A stretch of DNA of 64,000 nucleotides from Calcarisporiella thermophila CBS 279.70. Lineage: Eukaryota > Fungi > Calcarisporiellomycota. This document shows positions 50,887-60,553 of the stretch, one piece after another. Where the stretch lies: assembly GCF_041956535.1 (NCBI RefSeq), contig NW_027192208.1, forward strand, positions 617,760 to 681,759, written 5' to 3'. The first letter of the stretch is position 1. Every line of letters starts with the position of its first letter. The notes under the pieces are model-generated. The model was not told where the DNA came from. It saw nothing but the letters and a program-made list of their open reading frames with translations, and searched no databases. Both the position numbers and the translations under genes were made by a program.

Positions 50887-52735
50887 GGGCGTGCTGGCGA
50901 CCGCGACCCTGCCCCGCCTCCACCGCTCCCCTTGACCCCCCCCCCACGCCCCAACGATCACAGCCCCCACCGCCCAGTCTGAAATTCATATATTTCATAT
51001 ATTTTATGGTTTCCTTATCACGATTTCTTATGTATTCTAGTTTCTTTTCTTGCAGAGTATTTTCACTATAATATCTGTGTGTTCACTAATGCCTTGGCCT
51101 ACTATGACCCATCTCCTCTTTGGAAGCGTTTTATTTTAATTAATAAATGTCCTTAATGCTCCTTTTGGATACTATTGCCCTTTCCTTTTTCATTTGGATT
51201 CACACAAGCTTTATTTTCCTGTCATCCCTTCCAACTTGGGACAAGGTTTCCCTCTCTTTTCAAAGGGCGCGAATTATTCCATTTTGGGCAGGTTCTCCTT
51301 TTGTGCTCCTCTCCGCATTTGGATTGGCGAGCAGGTTCATCCGCTTTTCAAACATGTACGGCGACTGCACCTTATCTTGCTGAAGCGAGGCTCGAGTGGC
51401 CGATCCCTTTGATTGATGATGTCCCTCTCCTGCCCCAACAATTCTGGAGAAGAAACCTGGCCGCACACTCAGCATGACTGAGCCGAACGAATGCAAATGA
51501 ATCCAATCCGCAAATCTGACGAAGAACAGAAACAAGAGAGAACACGTAGCGGGGCGAGGGGGAGAAGCAGGGCCCAAGGGGTCAGTTCAGTCATCCCAAA
51601 ATGCATTCGTTTTGAACAAAAGAGCACGCCAAGGCATGAAATTACGGAATGTATTCATGGAAGGGACAATGAGGAGCAAAGTCAATGGGATGGATAATCG
51701 AGAAAGACAAATAGATCCAGGGCGTTTGAAAGGTTGTTTTAGCTACTGCACGGGAGGCGCCTGTATCCTCGCTTCATGCTCCTCGCTTCCATGCCGCTGT
51801 CTGTTCAGGACAAAAACGTGGAGAGGTGCAATGCAAAACCAGATCAAGACCGAGGGGGGTTCGGCAGAGATCAAACGGCATCCACCTGCGTGAGAGGGTC
51901 TCATCGCTCTCGCGCCAATAGATGCGCGGGCTAAACATTGCCAACCGACGACGTCAGGTTGGCTCATCCTAGTGAACCGGCGTGAAGATTGGCTGGCGTC
52001 AACCCTGCATGGACCTCCCGCCCCACCATCGGCACCATGAGGTGGGGCCGAGTTTGTATAGAGCAGCCTAAGGAAGAGGATGCGGCAATACGCAAGGACA
52101 CTATGCACACATGGCGTTATCGCCGTGGAAAAAAAAATAAAGCCTGCTCCCCGTTATCCTTCCTAATCTTACCGATATCGTGTCAAGTTCGATCCGTTTG
52201 GACCGGCTATCAACGCGCTCTTATCCTATTCAGCTGGAGTCGAAAAGCGCCCCCCCCACTAGACTTTTTTGAATGCCTCTCTTTATAAAATCGGGGCTGA
52301 CCTTTATTACAGCAATGCAGAAAATATAATAAAATTGCTTGAGGGTGACTATGATTCATGTTCAACTAGAAAGTGCGTCAATTGTGGCCTTTTATTTGTA
52401 CATTCAGATGGGAGCTAGTGAAAAGCCTATTGTAGACCCGTCAAGCAGATGGGAAGGCCACCCAGGGCGCGTAGGGGATTTCGTATTAAAACCTATAATG
52501 ATAGTGTAGCATTCCTCGCATTGATATGCGCTCTACACATGATAGTAAGCATGAGTTCCTTAGAAGGCTCGGAGGAGGGGAAGTGATCTTGAGGACGCAA
52601 TTCCTCTAGTTGAATTCATTGAGTGGAATCCAAACTAAGCCACGAGTTGTGACCGCCTCTGTCTCCCATCTTCAATCGAAACTTCCCGGCATCCCAGTCT
52701 CTTCCTCCTCTTTCCAACCATTCAATTAGAGAAAA

Positions 52736-53449
52736 ATGTCGGCGCCACAACAGAGGTCGGGTATTGCCGTCGGTCTGCAGAAGGGTTTCATCACGACCCG
52801 CCGTGAGGTCCCCGTGAGACCATCCCGCAAGAAGGGTGTAAGTTATCTCTCCTATAGAATGCATAGATGGATGGATGGATGGATGGACAGATGGATAGAG
52901 GGGGGGAGAGGGGTTGAAGAGGACGAAGGGGAGGTTTTAGGCAGATGGATGGATCCTGGGTAGAATCCAGGGATAATATACAAGGGAGAAGAAGAGGAAT
53001 ATAGCCTGAGCGAGGAATTCTATTTTGGCTGGATAGGGGGGGATGATGGATTGATCCCAAGCCGATCTATAGTTTTTCGTGTGGAGATCCATCCGATCGA
53101 TCTATGCATTTTATTTAAGCATCGTCTTACCTTTATTGATTCATCTATTTTTTTTGTGTGTATTTAGACTCTTTCCAAGCGCGTGCGCTTTGTCCGCGAC
53201 ATCGTCCGTGAGGTGGCTGGCTTTGCTCCCTATGAGCGCCGTGTGATGGAATTGCTCAAGAACTCCAAGGACAAGCGTGCCCGTAAGCTTGCCAAGAAGA
53301 GGGTGAGTTGATGTGCATCCGCCTGATAACCTCAATACCTGGATTAACCGCCGTTTAATTTCTTTTTGTAGCTCGGCAGCTTGGTTCGTGCTAAGAAGAA
53401 GGTCGACGAGCTCTCCACCGTCATTGCCGAGAGCCGCCGTGCCCACTAA
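52736..53449 (+). CDS. RPL36: 60S ribosomal protein L36 (eL36)
   Basis: Three exons: [22 protein letters not shown] / [45 protein letters not shown] / [14 protein letters not shown]. Confidence 0.97.
52866..52896 (+). repeat. (GATG)n microsatellite in RPL36 intron 1
   Basis: gatggatggatggatggatggacagatggat. Confidence 0.75.
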
Positions 53450-53710
53450 ATGGTATTGACTTTGGATATATCAGCCACTTTCTTTGTAATAAACAAGAGT
53501 GATTTGCTGCAAACAATTGTCGTTGAAGTGTCTCTTGAAACCTTGTTTCTACAATATACAGCCCTTCCTATCGTTATCTAGGGATGGAGCAAAGGATATC
53601 TATTTTCTAATTTTTTTTTATTATTCGAAATATTACACGCGTAACATCGTCTATTTGAATGAGAGAGAAAAAAAAAAAAGAAACAGGATAGAATATAGGG
53701 CAAGCGATGC

Positions 53711-54243
53711 TTAGAGGGCCTTGACGTTGATGTTATCGAATGCCTTCCTCTCATCGTGCTCTGCTGCGACCTCCTCGATGGTCTTCTTCAGGTACCGGAC
53801 ATCCTAAAAGAGCAAAAGCGGCAATCAGACACGATCTTCCCCCCATGCATTCATCCATGGTAGCAGCAACTTACATCCTCGGGCTTTAACCACTGGTTCT
53901 TTGGCAATTCGTCAAGGTTCAGCGATGCCTGGAACGCATTTTTGAAACGGAATGCACGCAGGTTGTTCTCCTCAGCGTTGGTGCGGCGGAGTGCCTCGCG
54001 CACTACATCGTTTTCCTCAATAACGATGTCGTCGTACTTCAGACCTGTAGAGGCCATGGGCGATGGCCACCACGGATGGATTTAGCAAATCGTCGACGAA
54101 TAAACATGGGCGATGGTCGCCTCTGACTTACCGTAACGGCGGTAGCCCATGAGATTGGCATACCAGTTGGCAACGGGGGTCAGCATACCGCGGAGGAAGC
54201 GGCTGTTCTTGACATAGGGGGCCAACGTGTAGTTCACAAACAT
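53711..54243 (-). CDS. QCR7: Cytochrome bc1 complex subunit 7
   Basis: LTPVANWYANLMGYRRY/GLKYDDIVIEENDVVREALRR..RAFRFKNAFQASL..LPKNQWLKPED/DVRYL..EHDERKAFD. Confidence 0.95.
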
Positions 54244-54515
54244 GTTGAGATGTGAAGGGAAACGACGGACTGGGATAGAGAAAAATCAAAGCAAATTGAC
54301 CAAAAGGACAGGGGGAGTTTGTTGTGTTTGTGTTGATGACGCAATAGAGTGACATCATCTATTTATTTCACGAGCGAGAATGGGATAGAGGGGGCAGTCT
54401 GGAAAAGGATAAACGGTTTTATTAAGGAAACGCGACTGCTTTTATCGTTTTCTTCCATCGCCATCTATTCCACTTCTAGATAGTGTTCCGCGGGCAGGGC
54501 CAAGCCAATGGAGGG

Positions 54516-55365
54516 ATGTTCAGCTCGAGGCGACAACTAGAGAAGCGGACAGGTCCGCACAACCTGGATCGATTCCATTACTTGCAAGAATTGGTCACTG
54601 AATTCCAAGAGACTCAAAGCCGTGGTAAGTTTTCTAGACTGTGTTAGGACAGAGAGGCTCGGCTCCCGATCTCACACAATTGAATAGACGATCGGTTGCA
54701 GGTGCTCGCCAATCTCGCCAATTTCGCCTACGATCCCATCAACTATGAATGGATGCGGAAGCTCAACGTCATTGACCTGTTTTTGGGTATGAAAATTGCT
54801 GTTTTGAGAGCTAGCGCGGCGTGTCGCAAGGGGCTGACCTAATTGCTTGCGTAGATGTGCTAGCCGAGGAGGAAGGGGGCGAGAAAATGAAAGAATTCGC
54901 CATAGGAGGCCTCTGTAATCTTTGTTTGGGTATGTGTTGCGAATCATGGCCGATGCTGGCCCTTGGCTAGGCACTAAACTTGTGGCCCTCATTGTACGTT
55001 TAGATGGCAAAAACCGGGAGCTGATCGTGGAGGGCGATGGCATCCCGCTGGTGGTGTCGTGTCTCTCAAGCCGCAATGAGGAAACGGTTCTCTCCGCCAT
55101 CACCACCCTCATGTTCCTGTGCACACCCGCCACATCCAAAGGTAGGCTGAAAGAGGAAGCAGGCGCGGGCGTTCTAGCCCGCGCCTGGTCGTCGGAGAGG
55201 GTCTGACCGTCCAAGTTTGGTCTCGAAGCTATTCTGATAGGAAGCGTCCGCGAGTGCATGTTGCAATTTGTCCACTCGAGCAACCGGAGGCTTGCGAATC
55301 TTGCCACCGTGTTCGTGGAGGACTGTCTCGTTGGCAGAGCTGAGTCTGATTCAGCAGGAAATTAA
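54516..55365 (+). CDS. ARMC7: Armadillo repeat-containing protein 7 (minor-spliceosome factor); fragmented in the ORF track
   Basis: Five exons: [17 protein letters not shown] / [29 protein letters not shown] / [11 protein letters not shown] / [20 protein letters not shown] / [13 protein letters not shown]. These are the hallmark ARMC7 motifs. Confidence 0.93.
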
Positions 55366-56127
55366 AGCGGCCGGGCAACCAACGTGGGCTTGCACAGAGA
55401 GGATCCAAAACCTTGCGCGTTGGCGCCAGAGCACGATGCGAGCTTCGGAGTTGCGGCCCAAGGGTTCACAGAGAAATAGAGTTGGATGAACCCGAATAAA
55501 ATACAACCCTAACCGCGGGCTCCTCGCATCCTTCCCAATTCTTGTTCTCTGCCCCTCTCGAGGCCTCTCTCTGCCTTCGCAACCCAACCGCCCCTGGCCC
55601 TCGCCTCTCCTCTGCAAATTCCCCGGCTAGCCCAACCCTCTCGCGCTACCGCTTGTCCCCTTTCTCGAGCGTCCTTCCGGCTGACCGCTCGGCTACAAGG
55701 TAGGCCGCCCTCCTTCTTCCCTCCCCTCCTCCTAATCCCTTTCCGGACTGCTAAATGGTCCGTTGTCGCTCCCGCCTTCTGGCTAATGGTGCCATTGCTC
55801 CCTGCTCCTTCGAGCCATTTCTGGTGTTTGAATTGGGCTTTCTGTTGCTCCTTTATCCATTTCCTTGCAATTCTCAATTAAAGAAAAAAAAATACTCATT
55901 GTGAAATTGTAGCTGCTACCCGCCGGCGATTCCCTCATTTCCCTTCTTCGGGGCGCAAGAGAGAGAAAAGAGCATCCCCCTTCCTATGATACTGCCTGGA
56001 AAGAAAACTGAAGCTCCATTATCAATGAAATATTCGCCTGAGCCCCATCGTTACCGCTGAATAGTAAAACTTGCCCTCGATTCCATCCCCACCATTCTCT
56101 CCATTCTCCAAACCCCTGTGTCTCGAC

Positions 56128-59100
56128 ATGCGTTACAACTCTATCCCTGCGTCAATGTACTCCATTGCCGAGAAGGATGCGGATGCCTCTGCCTCGGGCC
56201 ATCCCCTCCTCAACAGCGCCGCCCCCACCTCCACCTCCCCCAGCACACGCTCGCGCTCATTTTCCAACACCTCGGACTTGAGTGTGACGATCGAAAAGGA
56301 GGATTGCCACACGGTGCAGGTGCACTTTGCGGGCTACGTGAAGCACAACCATAGCAACTCGCTCTTTCGTAAGGCGCGGCGCGATTTCTGCGTCCTCACC
56401 AACGCGGGCCTGTATCGGTTCAAGTCGCAGCAGAAGGCGGAGCAGGTGTTCACGCGGCTCGATCCGGCCGCGGTGATTCCTGCAGCCGACGTGAAAATCC
56501 CGTCGGACAGCGACATGATCCTGACAAAGCACATCTACGGCGTGTACCGCCCGGCGCACCCCGGGTGCTGGGCCTTGAAAATTCTGCACTTCCACCCGGT
56601 GACCAAGGTGCCCATGAGCATAGCCATGGTATTGGACTCCGAGCACGAGCTGGGGATGTGGGTGCTGGCCTTTCGCCGGGCGGTTCAGCGCTGGCTGGGC
56701 TCCATGGTCACGGTCACCCCGACCAACCAGCAAATGGCTCTGGAGCGGATGCGGCGGGTCAAGGACCTGCCCGACCGTACGGAGCGTATCCTCCTCCAAA
56801 AAGTCGCGCTGCTCCATCACCCGAACCTGCCCCACCACGCGTTGAAGAAGGCGAAGCAAGCGCCCACCCTGCCCAACGTGGAGAAGGAGATCCTCGGCAC
56901 CGAGCCGAGCCTCAACGTGTGCCTTGCCATCGGCCGGTACAACCTCTACCTTCTGCCCGGGGCGTCGGCCCCGGATCCGGAATACGTGCGCGTGATCGGC
57001 CAGGAGGATCGCCACGGCCTCCTCTCCATCGTCGAGATCCGCACGGACGGCGGCGACGACACAATCCACCTTTCCCTGCGCCGCCGCAATGGGGTGCCGT
57101 ACACCATCACCTTGGTGACGTCGTTTGCCTCGCAGGTGATCAAGGAGCTTGTCCGCTCCATCGACACCCTCACCCACGTCTCCCACCCGCACCAGCGCGG
57201 ATACCGCCTCTCGGTGCCCGACCCCCAGCCCTACACCGGCCTCCGCCCGCTCCTCGACATGGGCAAGCTTCCCAGCCGGGGCTTCCAGGTGTCCCTCGAG
57301 GCCCACTGCGCGGGTTCGGCCGTCAACGCTTCTCGCATCAAGGTCGAGCTCACCCCGCTCGAACAAGGGGTCCGAGTGCAGCTCCTGCCGCCCGAGGCCG
57401 GGGACAGCCAGCCCTACAATCGCTTTGAGCTGCTGGCGTTCTTCAGGGCGGTGCGCGGAAACCTCCTCTTTCGCGAGGTGGTGGTGCGGGACGTCAGCCT
57501 CGCCGACCTGGAGCACTGGATCCCGAGGGAGGGCGACGGGTGGGCCACGTTCCCCGACAGCCACCAGTCGCAGCACGACGTGAACATGCTGGCCTCGGAG
57601 CTGTACGCGCTGGTCATCTCGAACCGCAACCTCCGCAAACTCGATCTCACCGCATGCGGCATTCTTGGCGCGGGCCAGCAGCATGCGGCCATCTCCGTCA
57701 TTGGGTCGGCCATGTGCACCAAACAGGTCGGGCTGAACGCGCTCTACCTGGGAGGGAACCGGATCCTGAGCGAGGATCTAAGGAAGCTGGTCGAGGGGAT
57801 CCGGAGCAACCGCAAGGCCATCCGCGAGTTCAGTTTGGAGGGGTGCGGGCTGGACGGCCGGGAGGTCGCCATGCTCCTTGCCGCGCTGTTGGAGGGGACT
57901 CCCGAGCACCTGACCCACTTGGACCTCGGTGGCAATGCCCTGGAGAGGGACGCACGCGAATGGCGGGCCCAGTTGGACGAGCTGTTGCACCGCGCCACCC
58001 GCCTGCGCACCCTAAACCTCGGCGGCTACTCCGCGATCGAGACGGTCCCGCTGCATCTCACTCTGCTACGGCAGCTTGACGTGAGCGGGGTCCGGCTCGG
58101 GGATGCCCAGATCCATTTCCTCACTGAGTATCTCGCCTCCGATGCCGGCCAAGGGTTGGAGCGGCTCGCCGTAGAGGCGTGTCATCTCCATGGCGGGCAC
58201 CTCGCCCAGCTCTTCCACTTCGCCCTCCCAAAGATGCACCTCTCCGCGGGCCGCAACCCCCTGGCCCGCGAGCTCGCCATGCTGCCAAAATTCTCGTTCG
58301 CACTGCTGAACAAAACGGGGCCCGAGTCTCTCTCCCTTGCGCACACCGAGTGGGACGACTCGACCTTCCGCGAGCTCGCGGAGTGCTTGGCCCGAAACGT
58401 CTTCCTGAAGCGTGTGGATCTGGAGGGGGTGCGCATCCTGGGGGGCGCGTCCGAAGACTCGGCGAGGGTGCTGAAACTGTGGATGCGGGAAAACACTGTG
58501 CTGGAGGAGCTGAGCGTCCGGGGGTGCTCCAGGGCGGCGGCCAAGGAGGGCGACAAGGGACAACGGGTGCTGGCGAAACTGCTGGTGAGCGCTCTGCCCA
58601 CGCTGGCCGAGAATCGCTCGCTCCGCAAACTGGACCTGACGGGGCTTGGCGTGGGCGATGCAGGGGCGATGGCCATGGCGGAGGCTCTTCGCCACAATAC
58701 GACGCTTCACACGCTCAACATGGACGCGAACGAGATCACGATGGAGGGCTTCTCCGCGCTGCTCCACGGCATCACCGAGAACTCGACCCTGCTCCACTTC
58801 GCGAAGCCGAGCAAGGACGTGTGGCACCAGGTGCAAATCCTGTCCGAGGAGATTATGGCCACCTACCAGTACGAGCAGGAGATGCGGTTCTTCCTTGCGC
58901 ATTCGACCGGGGCCGACGCCCGGCGCACCAAGGAAAATGTCGAGGTGCAGATTCAAGGGCGCAAGGCCGCGGAGCTGACGAGGAGCAGGATCGGGCCCAT
59001 GGTGGACGAGATATGTGCGATGGTGGAGCGCAACTGGAAGAACCATCGAAAGGCGGCGGAAGCGGCCCTCGCCAAGGGGGCCGAGCCCGCCTCAAACCTC

Positions 59101-59754
59101 GAGTGGGAAAGAGGTGTGGGGGAGAGGAACGCAATGCGCTCAGGCCCATTCTCTTCCCTCTCGCCCACTTTCTCGATGTCCCCCACCGACTCGCCCATCC
59201 CGATGCTCACGTCCATGCACCCTCCACCTCCTCCCCCGCCTCCACTTACCTCTCCTTTACCCCCCCTTCCCCCTTTTTCTTCTCCTCTCCCTCCCCCGCC
59301 TGCCTCTCGCAATGTGGCGCGCCTGACGAGCACCAGCAAAAGGCAGGACTCTCTAGGGTACTCCTTCTCCTCTCCCGGCCTCTTCTACGAGGAGACAGAC
59401 TTCAACTCAGCGAGCGTGTCTCCCAGCTCCGAGCCCGTCACCCCCATGCAAGCGCAAATGTATCATGGATCGCCTATGTGGACCCATGGAACTGCAAGCA
59501 AACAGAAATTTGCACTTCCCCCTTCCTACACCCCGCACGACCCCTCCTTCACTTCCCCGACCTATCTAAATAGAAACTTCGGCAGGAGAGAGGACTTAGC
59601 TGAGGCCGAGATCGAATGCGGAGACCGGGAACAGAACGAGGTGTTGGTACCGGCAGAGCTGTTGATGGGACTTGATAATCTCAAGAGCCATGGGGAAAGA
59701 CCTGTCGTGAACAGCCGGAGCATTGAGGCAGAATTGAAGCAATTGAAATTTTGA
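56128..59754 (+). CDS. PH-domain + RI-type leucine-rich-repeat protein with polyproline tail (CARMIL-like architecture), single exon
   Basis: PH-like N-terminus (GYVKH..RRDFCVLTNAGLYRFKS..ELGMWVLAFRRAV). Many RI-type LRRs (LRKLDLTACGI, LTHLDLGGNAL, ENRSLRKLDLTGLGVGDAGAMAMAEALRHNTTLHTLNMDANEI). PPPPPPPP tract. Confidence 0.85.
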   Translation: MRYNSIPASMYSIAEKDADASASGHPLLNSAAPTSTSPSTRSRSFSNTSDLSVTIEKEDCHTVQVHFAGYVKHNHSNSLFRKARRDFCVLTNAGLYRFKSQQKAEQVFTRLDPAAVIPAADVKIPSDSDMILTKHIYGVYRPAHPGCWALKILHFHPVTKVPMSIAMVLDSEHELGMWVLAFRRAVQRWLGSMVTVTPTNQQMALERMRRVKDLPDRTERILLQKVALLHHPNLPHHALKKAKQAPTLPNVEKEILGTEPSLNVCLAIGRYNLYLLPGASAPDPEYVRVIGQEDRHGLLSIVEIRTDGGDDTIHLSLRRRNGVPYTITLVTSFASQVIKELVRSIDTLTHVSHPHQRGYRLSVPDPQPYTGLRPLLDMGKLPSRGFQVSLEAHCAGSAVNASRIKVELTPLEQGVRVQLLPPEAGDSQPYNRFELLAFFRAVRGNLLFREVVVRDVSLADLEHWIPREGDGWATFPDSHQSQHDVNMLASELYALVISNRNLRKLDLTACGILGAGQQHAAISVIGSAMCTKQVGLNALYLGGNRILSEDLRKLVEGIRSNRKAIREFSLEGCGLDGREVAMLLAALLEGTPEHLTHLDLGGNALERDAREWRAQLDELLHRATRLRTLNLGGYSAIETVPLHLTLLRQLDVSGVRLGDAQIHFLTEYLASDAGQGLERLAVEACHLHGGHLAQLFHFALPKMHLSAGRNPLARELAMLPKFSFALLNKTGPESLSLAHTEWDDSTFRELAECLARNVFLKRVDLEGVRILGGASEDSARVLKLWMRENTVLEELSVRGCSRAAAKEGDKGQRVLAKLLVSALPTLAENRSLRKLDLTGLGVGDAGAMAMAEALRHNTTLHTLNMDANEITMEGFSALLHGITENSTLLHFAKPSKDVWHQVQILSEEIMATYQYEQEMRFFLAHSTGADARRTKENVEVQIQGRKAAELTRSRIGPMVDEICAMVERNWKNHRKAAEAALAKGAEPASNLEWERGVGERNAMRSGPFSSLSPTFSMSPTDSPIPMLTSMHPPPPPPPPLTSPLPPLPPFSSPLPPPPASRNVARLTSTSKRQDSLGYSFSSPGLFYEETDFNSASVSPSSEPVTPMQAQMYHGSPMWTHGTASKQKFALPPSYTPHDPSFTSPTYLNRNFGRREDLAEAEIECGDREQNEVLVPAELLMGLDNLKSHGERPVVNSRSIEAELKQLKF

Positions 59755-60288
59755 TGCTGCAAGTGCAGCCTCCCTCCCCTCCTCCCTTTTTTTTTTTTAA
59801 TTTCCACTGTTGCTACGATACCTATACTCCTACTTCTTATTTATCTCTTTTATTTATTTATTTATTTTATTTTATTTTATTTAAATATTTATTATTTTCG
59901 ATGTATTGTATACACTTTTTTTCTTTATATATCTGCAATATTTATGTAAAATCCTAACTCGGCTAACTTTTACTATAGAAAGTGGGGAAAAGTTGATGTT
60001 ATATTGTCTTTAAAAAAAGCTGATGGTTACCAACCGACGTGTTTTTTCTTTCTCTATTTATCTCTTTTGAGGGGGGGAGGGAACGGTGTAATAAAATGCA
60101 GTTGGTATTTGAAGTCTCGTTTACTTCAACTTATGAATTTGCATTGAGTTGACTGACCGCAATTTCATGGAAATACTAACCAAACAAACAAACTGAAGGG
60201 AAGGCGTATATCTTCTTGTTGTTTTAGAGTCACTCTAGAAGGCAGGGATTCAATCAGCTTTATATTGATAGAAGGAAAGAAACGAGAC

Positions 60289-60295
60289 AAAAAAA
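60289..60295 (-). terminator. RNA polymerase III T-run terminator of tRNA-Leu
   Basis: T7 on the minus strand, 3 nt after the discriminator base. Confidence 0.8.
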
Positions 60296-60298
60296 TTT

Positions 60299-60382
60299 TG
60301 ACGAGAGTGGGATTCGAACCCACGCCTCCTGATAGAGACCACGACCTGAACGTGGCGCCTTAGACCGCTCGGCCATCTCGCC
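60299..60382 (-). tRNA. tRNA-Leu (anticodon CAG), intronless
   Basis: GGCGAGA TGGCCGAGCGGTCTAAGGCG CCACG TT CAG GT CGTGG, long variable arm, GTGGG TTCGAAT CCCAC TCTCGTC A. A and B boxes intact, discriminator A. Confidence 0.96.
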
Positions 60383-60519
60383 TGATTTTGTCATGTTTTG
60401 TTACGAGATAATTGGTTTTTGTATGGGGAAGTCACAGAGGCAGTCACATAGACATTCAGAAAGCGCGATATCTTTCAAGTAGAGCAGCCAATGGAATTGA
60501 TTACCGCTACGTTGCCGAC

Positions 60520-60553
60520 CCCTCGTGGTTACTCGCCGCCCTCGTGGTTACTC
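60520..60553. repeat. 15-bp direct repeat (CCCTCGTGGTTACTC x2, degenerate third copy)
   Basis: Exact copies at 60520-60534 and 60539-60553. Related ccctcatggctatc at ~60561. Confidence 0.7.

Noticed and set aside
56257-59573. Long overlapping antisense and alternate-frame ORFs (475, 464, 326 aa; similar ones over 39.7-48 kb and 50053-50970)
   Set aside because: These are shadow ORFs caused by GC-rich codon bias of the real genes. They have no recognisable domains.
60299-60382. CAG-anticodon tRNA as a possible CUG codon reassignment
   Set aside because: It has Leu identity features (A73, long variable arm, no G3:U70 pair), so it is an ordinary tRNA-Leu.
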